A stretch of 64,000 bases of DNA, taken from NCBI GenBank assembly GCA_000004695.1, contig CM000151.3, positions 6,976,001-7,040,000 of the forward strand, in the 5' to 3' direction. Source of the DNA: Dictyostelium discoideum (lineage: Eukaryota). Positions 12,936 through 26,972 of this stretch are shown one piece after another. The translations under genes and the position numbers were made by a program. Each line of letters starts with the position of its first letter. The stretch's first letter is position 1. The notes beneath the pieces are model-generated. The model ran no database searches and was not told where the DNA came from. It saw only the letters and a list, made by a program, of their open reading frames with translations.

Positions 12936-14122
12936 ATGGCAACAAGAGATAGAACACCATCATATCTTTTATTAAAAATCGAATATAACAATAGAAGACC
13001 CATTAACCATAAGAAATCAACATCAAATTATGAAACATTAGATGAAGAGAATAGAAATGGTATGATACCATTAGTATCATTAAACAATAATAATTATAAA
13101 AATGGCGCAAATATTGATACTAGTCCAAAATTACAACAATTAAATGTAATACCTGCGTGGATGCAAAGAATAAATGATATAGATGTAAATCTATCAAAAA
13201 TTCATTCTCAAAGTAAGTTTTTTTTTTTTTTATTTTTTTAATTTTTATTTTTTTTTTTTTTATTTCCTAAACTATACATATTAATTTTTTTTATTTTTTA
13301 TTTTTTTTTTAATAATAATAATAAATAGTTGAAAAATTAAAAGGATATCATGATAAAAATTTATTACCAGATATGAGTTTGGAAGATCAATCAGATTTAG
13401 AAAGATCAATTGAAATTACTACTTCTGAAACTACAAGAGTATTTATTTTTAAAATAATAAAAAAAAAAAAAAAAAAAAACTAATTTTTTATATATTTTTA
13501 GTTATTCCATAAAACACATGATATGATAATAAATTTAGGTGGTGATAAAGGTACAATTTTTACATCAGAAGATATAAAGATTAAAAAAAATGTACAACAA
13601 TCGAAATCAGCGAAATTACAATCATTATCAGTATTATTTAGACGAAAACAAAGTAATTATTTAAAAGCATTAAGAAAAAGGTCAAATTCATTTACAGATT
13701 TATATAATAAAAGTGGACTTGCTAAAGAAGAAGAAGAAGAAGAAGGAGAAGGAGAAGAGGAAAATCAACTTTGGCAAGAAATCGAATTCGATTTTACAAA
13801 TGAACAAAAACAAATAGTCAAATTAATGGAAATTGAAATTTCATCAAGAGATAAAGAAATTAGAAATCTACTTGAATCAATCAATGATTTAACTCGATTA
13901 TTTCAAGATATAAGTTTATTAGTTGCTCAACAAGGTACTATATTAGATAGAATAGATTATAATTTAAATGAAACCGAGTCAATGGTAACTGACGCAACAG
14001 ATGTAGTTATTATAATAAATAAAAAGCATAAAGAATATAGATCAAGATTATGTATATTAATGGTTTTAGTTGCTTTAGTTGTTTCAATGATTTTCATTAT
14101 TATTTTAAAAATGGTATTCTAA
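12936..14122 (+). CDS. Syntaxin-16/Tlg2-like Qa-SNARE, copy 1. Three exons: 12936..13212, 13329..13438 and 13502..14122.
   Basis: N-terminal MATRDRTPSYLLL peptide (SM-protein-binding type). Donors a|GTAAGT and aga|GTATTT. Acceptors aaatAG and ttttAG. SNARE motif LFQDISLLVAQQGTILDRIDYNL followed by a C-terminal TM anchor. Confidence 0.8.
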
Positions 14123-14159
14123 TTTTATAAAATTAAAAAATAAAATAAAGTTAAATTTT

Positions 14160-14224
<65 letters not shown>

Positions 14225-14869
14225 AATTAATTCTAAATTTTTATGAAAATTTTATTATTGATGATATTTTTATTTTGTGGAGCTTTAAAATTGAAGTGAT
14301 TGATAACTACACACTGTTTAGGGGGGTTTGATTTTTATTACTTTTTGATTTTCAGACCACGAAAACAATTTTTTATTTTTTTTTTTTTGACACATTCACA
14401 AAAAAAAAGTTTGCCCCTGGTGATGAAGAATTTAAAAATATCTTTTATGTCAAAAAATTCCTTAATCTAGATTTTTTTGGAAAAAAATTTTTATTTCATA
14501 GAAAAAAACAGAAAATCTGATTTTCTGGTGATTGTCAAAAAAAAAAAAAAATAAAAAAAAATAAAATTTTTTTTGTTTTTTTTTTTTTGTTTTTTTTTTA
14601 CTTTTTTTTTTTTTTTTTAATTTTAAAATCAAGTGTTGTGCTAAAAGGTGCCGTAGTAAAATATAAAAAAAAAAAAAGTATTGTTGAAACACAAAACAAC
14701 ACGTTTTTTTTCTGAAAAAAAAAAAAAAAACAAAAAAAAACAGAACCAAACAAAAAATAAAAAAAATAAAAAAAATAAATAAATAAAATAAAAATAAATA
14801 AAAATAAATAAAAATAAATAAAAAAAAAAAATAAAAAAAATAGGGTTTAGAAATCATAATTTTTAAAAA

Positions 14870-16122
14870 ATGGCAACAAGAGACATAACATCATCATATA
14901 TTTTATCAAGAACAGAATGTAAAAATCGTGCAAAAATAATAAATAGTGCAATTAATATTAATATTAAAAAATCAGGATCAGGTTATAAAAGATTAGAAGA
15001 AGAGAATTATCAAGATATTGATATTGATAATAATAATAATAATAATAATATAAATAATAATAATATAAATAATAATGACAATGATAATGATACTACTAAT
15101 AATATAAAGAACAGTAATAATAATAATGATATACAATTAAATATACTCGATACTGAAATAAATATAGAACAATTAAATTCATTACCACCATGGATTCTAA
15201 AATTAAATGATATAGATGAGAATATTAAAAAAATTATATCATTAAGTATGTCTTTTTTTTTTTTTATCATCATCCCATTTTAAAAAAAATAATTATTAAT
15301 TAAAAAAAAAAAAAAAATAAAGTTGAAAAATTTAAAAAATATTTAAAAGAAGATATTGATAAAATTTTAGCAGAAGATATTGAAATGGAAAGTAGAATTG
15401 ATTGTGAAAGATCAATTGAACTTTTAACGATGGAAACAATTAGATTATTTCATAAAACATTTGATATGATAAAGTATTTAAATAAAAGTAATAATTCAAG
15501 TCAAGGTGAAAATAAAATGAAAAAGAATACACAGAGAATGAAATCTGCAAAATTAAAAGCATTATTAATAACATTCAAACATATTCAAAGGTCATATTTA
15601 GCATTGTTAAAGAAAGTATCAAGTTTACAACGGAGTTTATCTTCATCATTTTTATATAGAAGTGGTGAATATGATGTAAATAATGATAATGAAGATTATG
15701 GTGAGAATAGTAGTATTAGCAATTCACATTATCTTCAACATCATCACAACAACAACCACCACCATGAAGATGATCATGATCATGAGGAAGATCATGAAGA
15801 GATTATGGATGAATTAAATGAAATGGCAACTACATTAATTGAAAGACAAAGAGTATCTCAATTAATTAAAGAAACTTCTCATTTAATTCAAGACGTTGGC
15901 TCAATGTGTGTAAAAAAAGATTCAATTTTTGATAGAATAGATTACAATTTAGCTGAAGGTGAAGAATTAGAATTTAATGGTACTATTTTAATTTGTGATG
16001 GTATTACTAATGGTTATGAAAGACCAGAAAATGAAAAAAGAAAAAAATTATTATTGATTTTTGCTGTTTTAATCATAGTAATATTGTTCATATTTATTTT
16101 AAAATATGTAATTGAAATTTAA
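14870..16122 (+). CDS. Divergent syntaxin-16/Tlg2-like paralog, copy 2. Two exons: 14870..15245 and 15323..16122. The second intron is absent.
   Basis: N-terminus MATRDITSSYIL. Donor a|GTATGT at 15246. Acceptor ataaAG at 15321-15322. The exon 2 and exon 3 equivalents are fused (…ERSIELLTMETIRLFHKTFDMIKYL). His/Asp-rich insert (HHHNNNHHHEDDHDHEEDHEE). SNARE motif IQDVGSMCVKKDSIFDRIDYNL, where KKD replaces QQG. TM anchor present. Confidence 0.7.
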
Positions 16123-16584
16123 ATTATAAATACTAAATAAATAAAACAAAGAAATAAATAATTAAATAAATTTATTTTTACATCGGATACCAGTAAAAAA
16201 AAAAAAAAAAAAATTGAAAAATCCAAGAATTTCTTTTCATATTTATTTTAAATTTTTATATTTTATAAAATTAAAAATTAATTATTTTATTTTATTATTA
16301 TTTATTATTTTCTGGAAAGCAGAAAAAATCAAAATTATCAAAAGCATTATAATTTGATTTTATCAATAATTTGGATTCATATTGCTAATAAATTTTATTT
16401 TCAAATAAATAAAAAAAAAAATAAAAAAAAAAAAATTTATAAAAAATTTTAATTTCAAAAAATAATAATATTTAATAATAAAATAATAATAACAAAATTA
16501 AAATTAAAGAAATAATAATATATAAAATAAAAATAAAATAATTGTTTTATTTAATTAAATTATTATTATTAATTTAATTAAAAT

Positions 16585-16621
<37 letters not shown>

Positions 16622-16968
16622 TTAATAATATTTTAAAAAGATTATTTTGTTTGATTTTTAAAAAAAAAAAAAGTCATCGTGAGCAAACAATCAGTTTTTT
16701 AAAAAATAGATTAATTAATAAAAAAAAGAATTCATTATTACCATCTTGTTATTAAATTTACCCAATCTTCTGCATTAATTACTTTATTTTTGACATTTTA
16801 AGAAACAAAGTTTTAATAATTTTTTTATTATCCAAGAATTAAATACAATTTTTGAATTAATGCAAAATAAAAGAAATAAATTTAAAAAACAAAAAAATAA
16901 AAGTAAAAATAAAAAACAAAAAAATAAAAATAAAAATAAAAAAAAAGTAATTATGTCTGGTAATGATT

Positions 16969-17009
<41 letters not shown>

Positions 17010-17305
17010 TTTTTTTTATTTTTGTTTTAAAAATTAACGACCACCTCAATAAAACCAAAAATTAAAAAAAAAAAAAAAAAAAAAAATTTATAAAAAATAT
17101 CAAAATAATTGTGCGTTTCAAATTATTTTTTTTATTTATTTATTTAATAACAATAACAAAAAGGATTAATAAAACTTTACAACTAAACAGCAAAGATTAT
17201 AATTTCTTAATTAATAAACAAAACACACACCCACACATATACATATATATATATATATTTATTTTTATAAATATATATATATTAATTATTATATAGCAGA
17301 CCTAA

Positions 17306-18463
17306 ATGGCAACAAGAGATAGAACCCCTTCATTTAATTTAATAAAATCAGAATACAAGAATAGAAGACCCTCAAGACACTATGGTAATGAATCAGATGA
17401 AGATAGTAATAATGTACCATTAGTATCTCTTAATAGAGCTGGAAATAATATTCATAATAACAATAATAATGACCTTAATTTACAAAAATTAAATGTATTA
17501 CCAGCATGGATGCAAAGAGTTAATGATATAGATGTAAACTTAACAAAAATTTCACAACAAAGTAAGTAATATATTCTTCTTCTTTTTTTTTTTTATTCAT
17601 TCATTCATTTATTTAAAATATTTAACCTAAAAAGATAAAATTATTAACAACAACAACAACAACAACAACAATAATAATACATAATAATAATAATAATAAA
17701 TAGTTGAAAAATTAAAAGGATATCATGATAAAAATTTATTACCAGATATGAGTATGGAAGATCAATCGGATTTAGAAAGATCAATTGAAATTACAACTGC
17801 TGAAACTACAAGAGTATTTATCAACATATTATTATTAATAAAATAATTAAATAATAAAAATACTAACATTATTAATATTTTTAGTTATTTCATAAAACAC
17901 ATGATATGATAAAAAATTTAGGTGGTAAAGGTACAATATTATCAGCAGAAGATATGAAAATGAAAAAGAATATACAATCAAGTAAATCAGCAAAATTACA
18001 ATCACTTTCATTATCATTTAGACAAAAACAAAGAACTTATTTAACAGCATTACAAAAAAGGTCAAATTCATTTTCAGATTTGTATAATGACCAAAATGAT
18101 GATGATGATGGTGAAAATGCAATCGATTTAGATTTTACAGATGAATTAAAACAAGTTGTAAATGCAATGGAAGAAGAAATCACTCAAAGAGATAAAGAAA
18201 TTAGAAAAATCGTTGCATCAATCAATGATTTATCTCATTTATTCCAAGATATAAGTGTATTGGTTGTTCAACAAGGTACTTTATTAGATAGAATAGATTA
18301 TAATTTAAATCAAACTGAAGCATATACTCAAGAAGCAGTCGTTGAAATTGATGAAACAAATAAAATACATAAAGAATATAGAACTAGATTATGTATATTA
18401 ATGATTTTAGTTGCTTTGGTTGTTGCAATGGTTTTCATATTTATTCTTAGATTCATTTTTTAA
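17306..18463 (+). CDS. Syntaxin-16/Tlg2-like Qa-SNARE, copy 3. Three exons: 17306..17561, 17704..17813 and 17885..18463.
   Basis: Same exon structure and phases as copy 1. MATRDRTPSFNLIKSEYKNRRP...LFQDISVLVVQQGTLLDRIDYNL, then TM. Confidence 0.8.
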
Positions 18464-18741
18464 AATAAATAAATAAAATAATAAAATAAAATGATACATA
18501 AAAAAAAAAAAAAAACAAAAAAAAAAAGTAACAACAATGATAAAAAAAATGTAAATCTTCCCAAAAAAAATAAAATTAAATACTAAAAAATAAATATTAA
18601 AATTTAAAAATAAATACTAAAATTAAAAACAAATAAAAGAAGTCTATTTTTTTTTTTTTTACATAATTTTTTTTATTAAAAGAAAAAAAAAAATAAATTA
18701 AAATACAAAAACTAAAAATTGGTTATTTTTTTTTTTTTTTT

Positions 18742-18773
<32 letters not shown>

Positions 18774-18799
18774 TTTTTTGATTATGAAAATACTTTTTC

Positions 18800-18830
<31 letters not shown>

Positions 18831-18896
18831 TTTTAGATTTTAGATTTTATATAGATATATTTATATATATATTTTTTTAAATTATTATTATTATTA

Positions 18897-18936
<40 letters not shown>

Positions 18937-18953
18937 TTTTATTATTAACATAT

Positions 18954-21355
18954 TTATTGAGTTTGTGGTCTACTATTATTACTACTATTACTCATATTTA
19001 ATTGATGTAAAGAAGAAACGCTATTTCTAAAAGCCATACCAGAACTTTGATTTAATGAATTATTTGTTGAATTTGAACCATTTACAATTGTTTTCAAGTT
19101 AATATTTTCATTTCTTAGATAAGAATTTTCTGATTGAAGAACATCCAATTGAGTTTGAAGTTTAGAAACCAAATTTGGATCGGTTGGAGATAAAACTTGA
19201 CCATTACTAGTATTGAGAAGGTTTTGTTGTTGAAGCCAATTGGTGAGTGTGGATATCTTATCTTCAAGATAGGAAATATGAGTTGCTTGGGAGTCGAGTT
19301 TTGATTGAATTTTATTATTCTTTCTACCACTGGTACCTCTACTACTCTTTTTATATTTTGAAGATTTATAATCTCTATCTCTACTTCTGTCTCTACTTCT
19401 ATCAGAATCAGATGATCTATCTCTGGATTTATTTCTACTATCACGACTTCTACTTCTTCTTCTGTTGGAATGACTTCTTGAACGATCTCTACTTCTATCC
19501 CTACTATCAGAATCTCTACTTCTTGAACGATCTCTGCTTCTATCTCTACTTCTATCTCTATCCCTTTCTCTACTTCTATCTCTTGAACGATCTCTACTTC
19601 TATCTCTATCTCTTGAACGATCTCTACTTCTATCTCTTTCTCTATCTCTACTTCTATCTCTTGAACGATCTCTACTTCTGTCTCTATCTCTTTCTCTGTC
19701 TCTATCTCTTTCCCTTTCTCTTTCTCTATCTCTGTCTCTTGAACGATTATGTCTATCTCTTTCTCTTTCTCTGTCTCTACTAACATTTCTACTTCTAGAG
19801 TTTTTATAGGTTTTATTAGAACGATCACGGTCACGTTCACGTTCACGATCTCTTTTACTATTGCTACTACTGCTACTGCTCTTTTTCTTTTTATAAGATT
19901 TTCTATCACTTTCATATCTACTAGAGTGTTCATCAGAGCTCGAAGTATGAGAGGTTGAATCTGAACTCTCTGATAAAGAGGAGGCTCTTGATGATTGTCT
20001 AGATTTTGATTTATTTGATTTACTGGTAGAGTTATTTTCTTTATCGGAAGATGGAGATGGGGGTTTTGATAGAGCACTACCCGATGCAGATATTAATTCT
20101 CTATTGTATGCGCCATTACTACTAATACTACTATTATTACTATTTATCATAGCTGGATCTTGTTGTTGTTGTGGTATTTGTTGTTGATGTTGTAATGGTG
20201 ATTTTGGTGAGGTTGTAACCAATGATGGAATATTACCATGAGATGAAGAGGATGGTATACTACCTTCTTTCTTTGGTGAGGTTTTTGGTGGAGTTATTAA
20301 ATCAGATTGATTTAATTTAACAATATTTATAGCGTTGATCGGACTTGGAGTTTTAATTGGTTGTTGTAGTTGATGTTGTTGTTGTGGTGGTTGTAAGGTT
20401 TGAGGTTGTTGAGTGTTATTTACAACAGTTGTTGATGCTGCTGAAGATGTTGGGTGAATTGAACTATGTGCTAAACCATGAACATTACTATGTGCGCTTG
20501 CACCCAAATTACTACTGGCGTTATGGTTCGGTATACTTCCAGATGAATGGGATAAATGATGATGTTGTTGTTGTTGGTGATAAGCAGCTGCAGTAACTGG
20601 AATAGCTGTTGGTAAGGTTAATGGTACAACTGGTGGAGGAACGACAGTCGATGATGATCCAAGTGCTGTATGATTACTTGTTGGTGTAGATGTTCTACTA
20701 TGACTTGGTGTTGAACCTGGTGATGTTGATGGTGTGTGTGATGGCGTTTCAAATGGTGATTGAGTTAAATTTTCTTTAGTTTTATTATTATTATTATTAT
20801 TATTATTTGATGGATTTGTAGTTGTAGTTGTAGTTGTTGTAGTTGTAGTTGATGAATTATTATTATCATTATTTTCATTTGGAAATATCCATTCATCAGC
20901 TGAATTACTATGACCAGTATCAAATTGTGGTGAAGAAGTATTTCTAAGCATAGCAAATGAATCTTCGGATAACATTTGATATCTTTGACCTAATGGTGGT
21001 AATTTTGCCAAAATATGTTGAACTAAATAATCTGGTTTCTTTGCTTGCTTAAAGAATCTATGTTCTAAAAGTTTTGAAGGTAATGGTCTTTTAGATGGAT
21101 CCTTTTGAAGACATTTTTCAACTAAATCTTTAAAACTATGAGACCATTTACTTTCGCCATCCCCCTCCAATGATGGTGGTGGGTTTTGAAGTGTCAATAA
21201 TAAAACTTTCATTGGTGGATATTCTGCAAAAGGTGCCTTACCTCTTGCAAGTTCTAATGCTGTAATACCAAATGACCAAATATCAACTGCATAATCATAA
21301 TTAACTTGTTCCATAATTTCCTAAATTTTTTAAAAAAAATAAAATAAAATAATTA

Positions 21356-21398
<43 letters not shown>

Positions 21399-22137
21399 AT
21401 TTAAAATTTAAACTTACAGGTGCCATCCAACAAGGTGTACCAACAAAAGTATTTCTACTTGTTTCACCAGTATCAATTAATGTTGCACTAACACCAAAAT
21501 CACTTAATTGAATGTTACCATTTGAATCGATTAAAATATTACCAGATTTAATATCTCTATGAATTCTGCCAGTTTTATGAAAATAGCAAATTGCTTTCAA
21601 AGCTTCTTTGAGGATAGTGGCGATAACATGTTCTTCAAAACCTTGAGGGAATGAAAATCTCATGATATCAGAGCATGAGCCAGCTGATAAAAAATCCATA
21701 ATTACCCATAGTGACTCGTTATATACAAAACTTGTGTGGTATGCAACTACATTTGGATGATGACAAAGACTCATTGCCTGTATTTCCTTTCTAATCTCTT
21801 CTAATGATACGTTTTTACAATGCTCTAAATCTATAATCTTTATAGCTACATTCTCTTGAAATGGTAAACATATTGCACGTTGTACTAATCCGCTTCCACC
21901 TTTACCAATGGTTTCCTTAAGTTCATATTGATCTGCTGAATTTGGGTAATTTTTTCTTGGTTTTGGTGTTATTGGAGATGCTGCCGTTGTTGTTGTTGAC
22001 GTTGTTGTTGTTGTTGTTGTCATGGAGGAGGATGAAGCTAATGTCGATGATGATGATAATGCTGCTGCTGTACTTTGCTTTGAATCTATATGATGCTTAT
22101 CATGATGTTTATCATGATGATATTTATCATCGGACAT
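18954..22137 (-). CDS. STE20-family Ser/Thr kinase of the OSR1/SPAK (Fray) type with a very long low-complexity C-terminal region including an RS/RD/RE dipeptide-repeat domain. Two exons: 21418..22137 and 18954..21320.
   Basis: Exon 1 carries GKGGSGLVQRA...VAIKIID...HRDIKSGNILI...DFGVS...FVGTPCWMAP. GTAAGT donor at 21417. Acceptor tttAG at 21322-21321. Exon 2 continues EIMEQVNYDYAVDIWSFGITALELARGKAPFAEYPPMKVLLLTLQNPPPSLEG, a near-exact OSR1 signature. About 250 aa of (RDRS/RDRE)n follow. The antisense ORFs at 19115..20077 and 19247..19783 are artefacts of the repeat. Confidence 0.85.
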
Positions 22138-22569
22138 TTCTAAATGTACTTTTTATATATATATTTTCTTTTCTATCTATTTTATTAAATTAATAAAAGT
22201 GGAGTTTTTTTCTTCTTAAAAAAAAAAAAACTGCTATTTACTTATATTAAAAAAAACAAATTGTGTTGCAGTTTTTTTTTTTTGGTTTATTTTAATTTTT
22301 TTTTTTTCTATCCAAAAAAAAAAAAAATATATATTTTTGACTTGGTCTTAATTTCTCCTCTTTTAAATTTAATTTGTTGGGTAAAAAAAAAAAAAAAAAA
22401 AATGAAAAATTGATATTAGATAAATATTTTTAAATATAAAAATACAAACAAATTTTTAAATAAATAAAAAATTTGATTTTTCGATAAGTTTAGGTTTTTT
22501 ATATGTGTATTTGTGTGAGAAAATGGTGTGTTTGTAAATATTTATGTTTTTTTTTATTTTTTTCAAAAT

Positions 22570-22579
22570 AAACCCATAA
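22570..22579 (+). promoter_or_regulatory. AAACCCATAA, an exact match to the Dictyostelium upstream sequence element (DUSE) consensus that sits about 60 bp upstream of ncRNA genes.
   Basis: Single 10-mer match in a 5-kb gene-free stretch. I could not delimit a convincing RNA downstream. Confidence 0.2.
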
Positions 22580-22845
22580 AAAAAATAATTTAAAAAAAAA
22601 AATAAAAAAAATAAAAAAAAATAAAATTTTTTTAAAAAAAAAAAAAAAAAAAACAAATGAAAACACGAACAAGGCCAACCCACTTTTTTTTTAAAATAAA
22701 ATATTAATTAATATGAAAGATTTTTTTTTTTTAAAGTTTAGGGTTGTGACTACTAAAAATAACTTTATAGTTTTATATGAAAATTTTTGTATCTGTGTTA
22801 TAAATTCTGAAAAATGTGAAACTGACAACTTTTTTTTTTTTTAAA

Positions 22846-22905
<60 letters not shown>

Positions 22906-23403
22906 CAATAAAATTAATTTTACAATTGTAATAATATGTGTAACATACACAAATTGATGATGAAATGGTTGTACCTTATTATTATTATTATTAATACTAC
23001 TGTTTATCCTGGTATTTTTTTTTTTTTTTTGTTTTTGTTTTTTTTGTTTTTTTAATTTTGTTTTTTGTTTTAAAATTATTTTTTAGGAAACAAGAAAATA
23101 AAAAAAAAAAAAAAAATGAAAAAATGAGATAACAAAGTGGATTATATAGGTATTATAAATTTGGAATTGAATGATCGCATTGTCAATCTAAAATAATAAT
23201 AAAACAATTTTTTTTTTTTTTTTTTTTAAATTACCAACAATAACAACAAATGAATGAGCTATTGTTTCTTTTTTTTTTTTCGTTTGTTTATATTTCTTTT
23301 TCCTTTCCACCTCTATTGTTTATGTTGGTGTTATCACTAATTTAATTTTATTATTATTATTATTATTGTTATTATTATTATAATATTATTAATTATTGTT
23401 GTG

Positions 23404-23435
<32 letters not shown>

Positions 23436-23741
23436 TAATAGTACAAATTTTTTTAAAAAAAAAATAAATATTTATAAATAAATAATATAGGATAAACAAT
23501 AATAAATATAGGAAAGAAAAAAAAAAAAATAAATAAACACTATTGATATATTTTATGGTGGCTTTTTATTATTTAATATTATTATTATTATTTGTTTTAT
23601 TATTTATTATTTTTATTATTATTATTATTATTTGTTTAATTATTTTATTATTTTTTTTAACTCCTATATTTTTAATGGATTGGAAAGATAGGGGGTGAAA
23701 GGAAAAAAAATAAAAAAATTTAATTTTTTTTTTTAAAGATA

Positions 23742-23772
<31 letters not shown>

Positions 23773-26700
23773 CCAATTTGTGTAATATTACTACTATAAT
23801 AAACTTTGATTAATTGGTAAGGTAAAAACTATAGATAGTTTCAAAAAAAAGAAAAATTAAATTTTAAAATAAAAATAAAAAAAATTTTACATTTGTGTAT
23901 TTTTTAAAATTTTTTAATATATACAAAAAACAAAAAACAAAACCCAAAAAAAAAAAAGTTTAATTTGGAAACATAAAACAAAACATTATATCAGTGTGTG
24001 GTGTGGGGTTGTGTGCACAATAAAAAAAAAACAAAATAAAACAAAAAATAAATAAATAAATAAATAAATAAAAAACAAAGAAAAACTTTTTTTGGTGTGC
24101 GCGTGCGAAATGAAATATACTCTGGTCATTAAGAAAAAAAAAGGAAAAAATGAAATAAAATATAATGAAAATTTTTGAAATAAATAATTTATTATTACTT
24201 TTTATTATAAATATAAATAATTATTTGTTTTTATATTTTTCAAAATAAAAATAAAAATAATAAAAAAATAAAATAAAAAAAAAAAGCTGTGAATGGATAA
24301 AAACTGTTTTGGTTTTGGTTTTTTTTTTTTTGGTTTTGGTTTTAGTTTTTTTTTTTTTTTTTTTGATGATAAAAATCCAATTCAAATAAAAAAAAAAACT
24401 TTTGGATGATCGACTATTATCGAAATTCAGATTATATTGAGTGATTATTATTATTAAAAATAAAAAGAAAAAAAAGAAAAAGGCATTCTTTATTATTATT
24501 ATAATTGAAAATAGTATTAAATTATTACTTTTCTATTTTATTTTGTTTTATTTTGTTTTGTTTTTTTTTTTATTATTTTTTTATTTTATTTTTTTAGAGA
24601 ACTGCATCTGTTTTTTTTTTACTTTTTATACATACTAAATAAATAAAATAAATATTGTTGGTGTTTTTAATAAAAAAACTAACCTTATATGTTCATTTAA
24701 AATTTTTTATTATTATTTTTTTTTTTAAGCACAAAAGTGGAAAAAAAAAAAAAAAAAAAAAAAAAACCAAAAAAATAAAATAATTAAAAAAAAATAATAA
24801 AATAAATAAATAAAAAATAAAAACAAATAAAATAAAAAATGTATGTAAAAAAAAAGTGTCAAAAAAAATTTAACCACTGTTTAAACGATAAGAAAAAAGA
24901 AATCATATACACACACAAAGTAGTTATATAAAATTGGATTATTATAAAAACATTAAAATATTAAAATTTATCATTTATTATATTTTTATTTTGGACTCGA
25001 CATATTCCAAAAAAATTTTAATAGTGGAATTCAAGACAATATTATTTAATTATTTAAACCTACTAATTATAATAAAAAAATTGAAATAATGATTATATGT
25101 GTATGTATCACTGATACTGTTTAAAACATTTAACAAATTAAATTGGTAATTATTCTCCTATATATATACACTAATATTATTATTATTATTTTTTTTTTTT
25201 TTTGCGTGTTGTTTTACATTTAATTAAAAAAAAAAAAAAGAAAAAAAAAAAAAAAAAAAATAATAAAATAAATAAATAAATAAATAAAACAAATAAAATA
25301 AAAAATAGAAAAAAATAAATTAAATAATAATTCCAAGATGTATATTTTTTTTTTTTTATTTTTTTATTTATTTATTTATTTAAAAAATAAAGGGGAAAAA
25401 AAAAAAAAAAAAAATATAGGAAGGTGCACTGTTTAAATAATATAACCAAAAAAATAGATTATTTTTTTTTTTAAAAAAAAAAAATAAAATAAAATTAACT
25501 TAACTAAACAAGTAGATATTTAAAAAAGGAAAAATAAAAAAAAAAAATAAAAAATAAAAAATAATATCAACAAACTTTTTAAATTCAACAATAATTGACG
25601 AATAAAAACTATTGAAATTGAAGTAATCGAATTACCTTTTTAGTTGTTGCTTATGTATTTGTGTTTATAGTTTTATAAAACTATCCTCTTGTTGATATTT
25701 GTTAATTTATAATATATTAATGTGTATATAATAAATCTACAATTGATTTTTTTTTTTTTTCTTTTTTCTTTTTTTTTTTTGTTTTTTGTTTTGCTTTTTT
25801 TTTGTTTTTTTTTATTTATTTATTTATTTATTTAATGTTTATTTGGTGGAATTGATTTTCTTTGATTTAATAATTTTCTTTGACTAAATAAAATTATATT
25901 ATTACTATGGTTTTTATTATTTATGAGCTTATTGATCATTATACTCTATGATAAGGGGATTATGAAATGGAAAATTTTATGTGATTTTTATTTTGGAAAT
26001 TCTGGTAAAAAAAAAAAAAAAAATTTAAAAAAAAATATATAAAACTATATTCTTTTTTTTTTATGTTATTTATTTATTTGTTTTTTTTTTTTTTTTTTTT
26101 TTTATTAAATATATATAAAATAATATGTTATTTGTGAAAAAACAAATATATATAAAAAAAAAAGAAAGAGAAAAAAAAATTTTGAAGTGAGGAAAAGTAA
26201 AACTTTTTTTAAAAAAAAAAAAATAAAAAAAATAAAATTGTGAAAAAGCCGAAAGTTTTTTTTTATTTTTTTTTTTGGCTTGCTCGAAGAAATCAAAAAA
26301 AAATTTTTAGATATTTAAATTTATAAAGGGTCATTTTTTTTATTTTTTATTTTTTTATTTTTCATTTTTTTTATTTTTTTTTTTTTTGAGGATCGATTGG
26401 TTGCTCAATTATAATAATAGGAACATTGTAATAATAGTTATAAAAATAACCATTAACACCTGGTTAATAATAAAACAAAAAAATTAAATTCTCTTTTTTA
26501 TTTTTTTATTATTTTTTTTTTTTTTTTGGGGTTTTTTTTTTTTTTTTTTTAAAAATTATTAAATCATCAAAACCCAAATTTATGTTAGTCTTTTGGAATT
26601 AATTTTATTTTTTTATTCAAATAAAACTATTTTTTTTTTTTCCAAAGAATTTGGTTAACTATTTCTGAAAAAAAAAAAAAAAATTTTTTATTCATTTTTT

Positions 26701-26802
26701 TTATATCTACCTGGTCCATAAAAAAAAAAAAAAAAAAAAAAAACCAAATATATAAAGAAGTTTGTATTTGATAAAGTCAAAAAGTCTAAAATACAAACTT
26801 AC

Positions 26803-26840
<38 letters not shown>

Positions 26841-26972
26841 AAATCAAAAATAAAAAATAAAAAAAAAAAAAAAAAAAAAAAGATTGAATCCAGGAGGGCT
26901 GGTAAAAAATCAAAAACCAGTCTTTTTTATTTTTATTTTTAAACTTTTTTTTATTTTGGGCATCAACAACTT

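Noticed and set aside
14462-15273. Minus-strand ORFs 14462..14857 and 15010..15273 (F/L/K-rich).
   Set aside because: Low-complexity translations of poly(A/T) promoter sequence, and antisense of the syntaxin copy-2 exon.
19115-20077. 320-aa and 178-aa ORFs (EIE/VEI-rich, and the opposite frame) overlapping the kinase gene.
   Set aside because: They are antisense or alternate-frame readings of the (RDRS)n-encoding repeat. The kinase frame is the one with recognisable domains.
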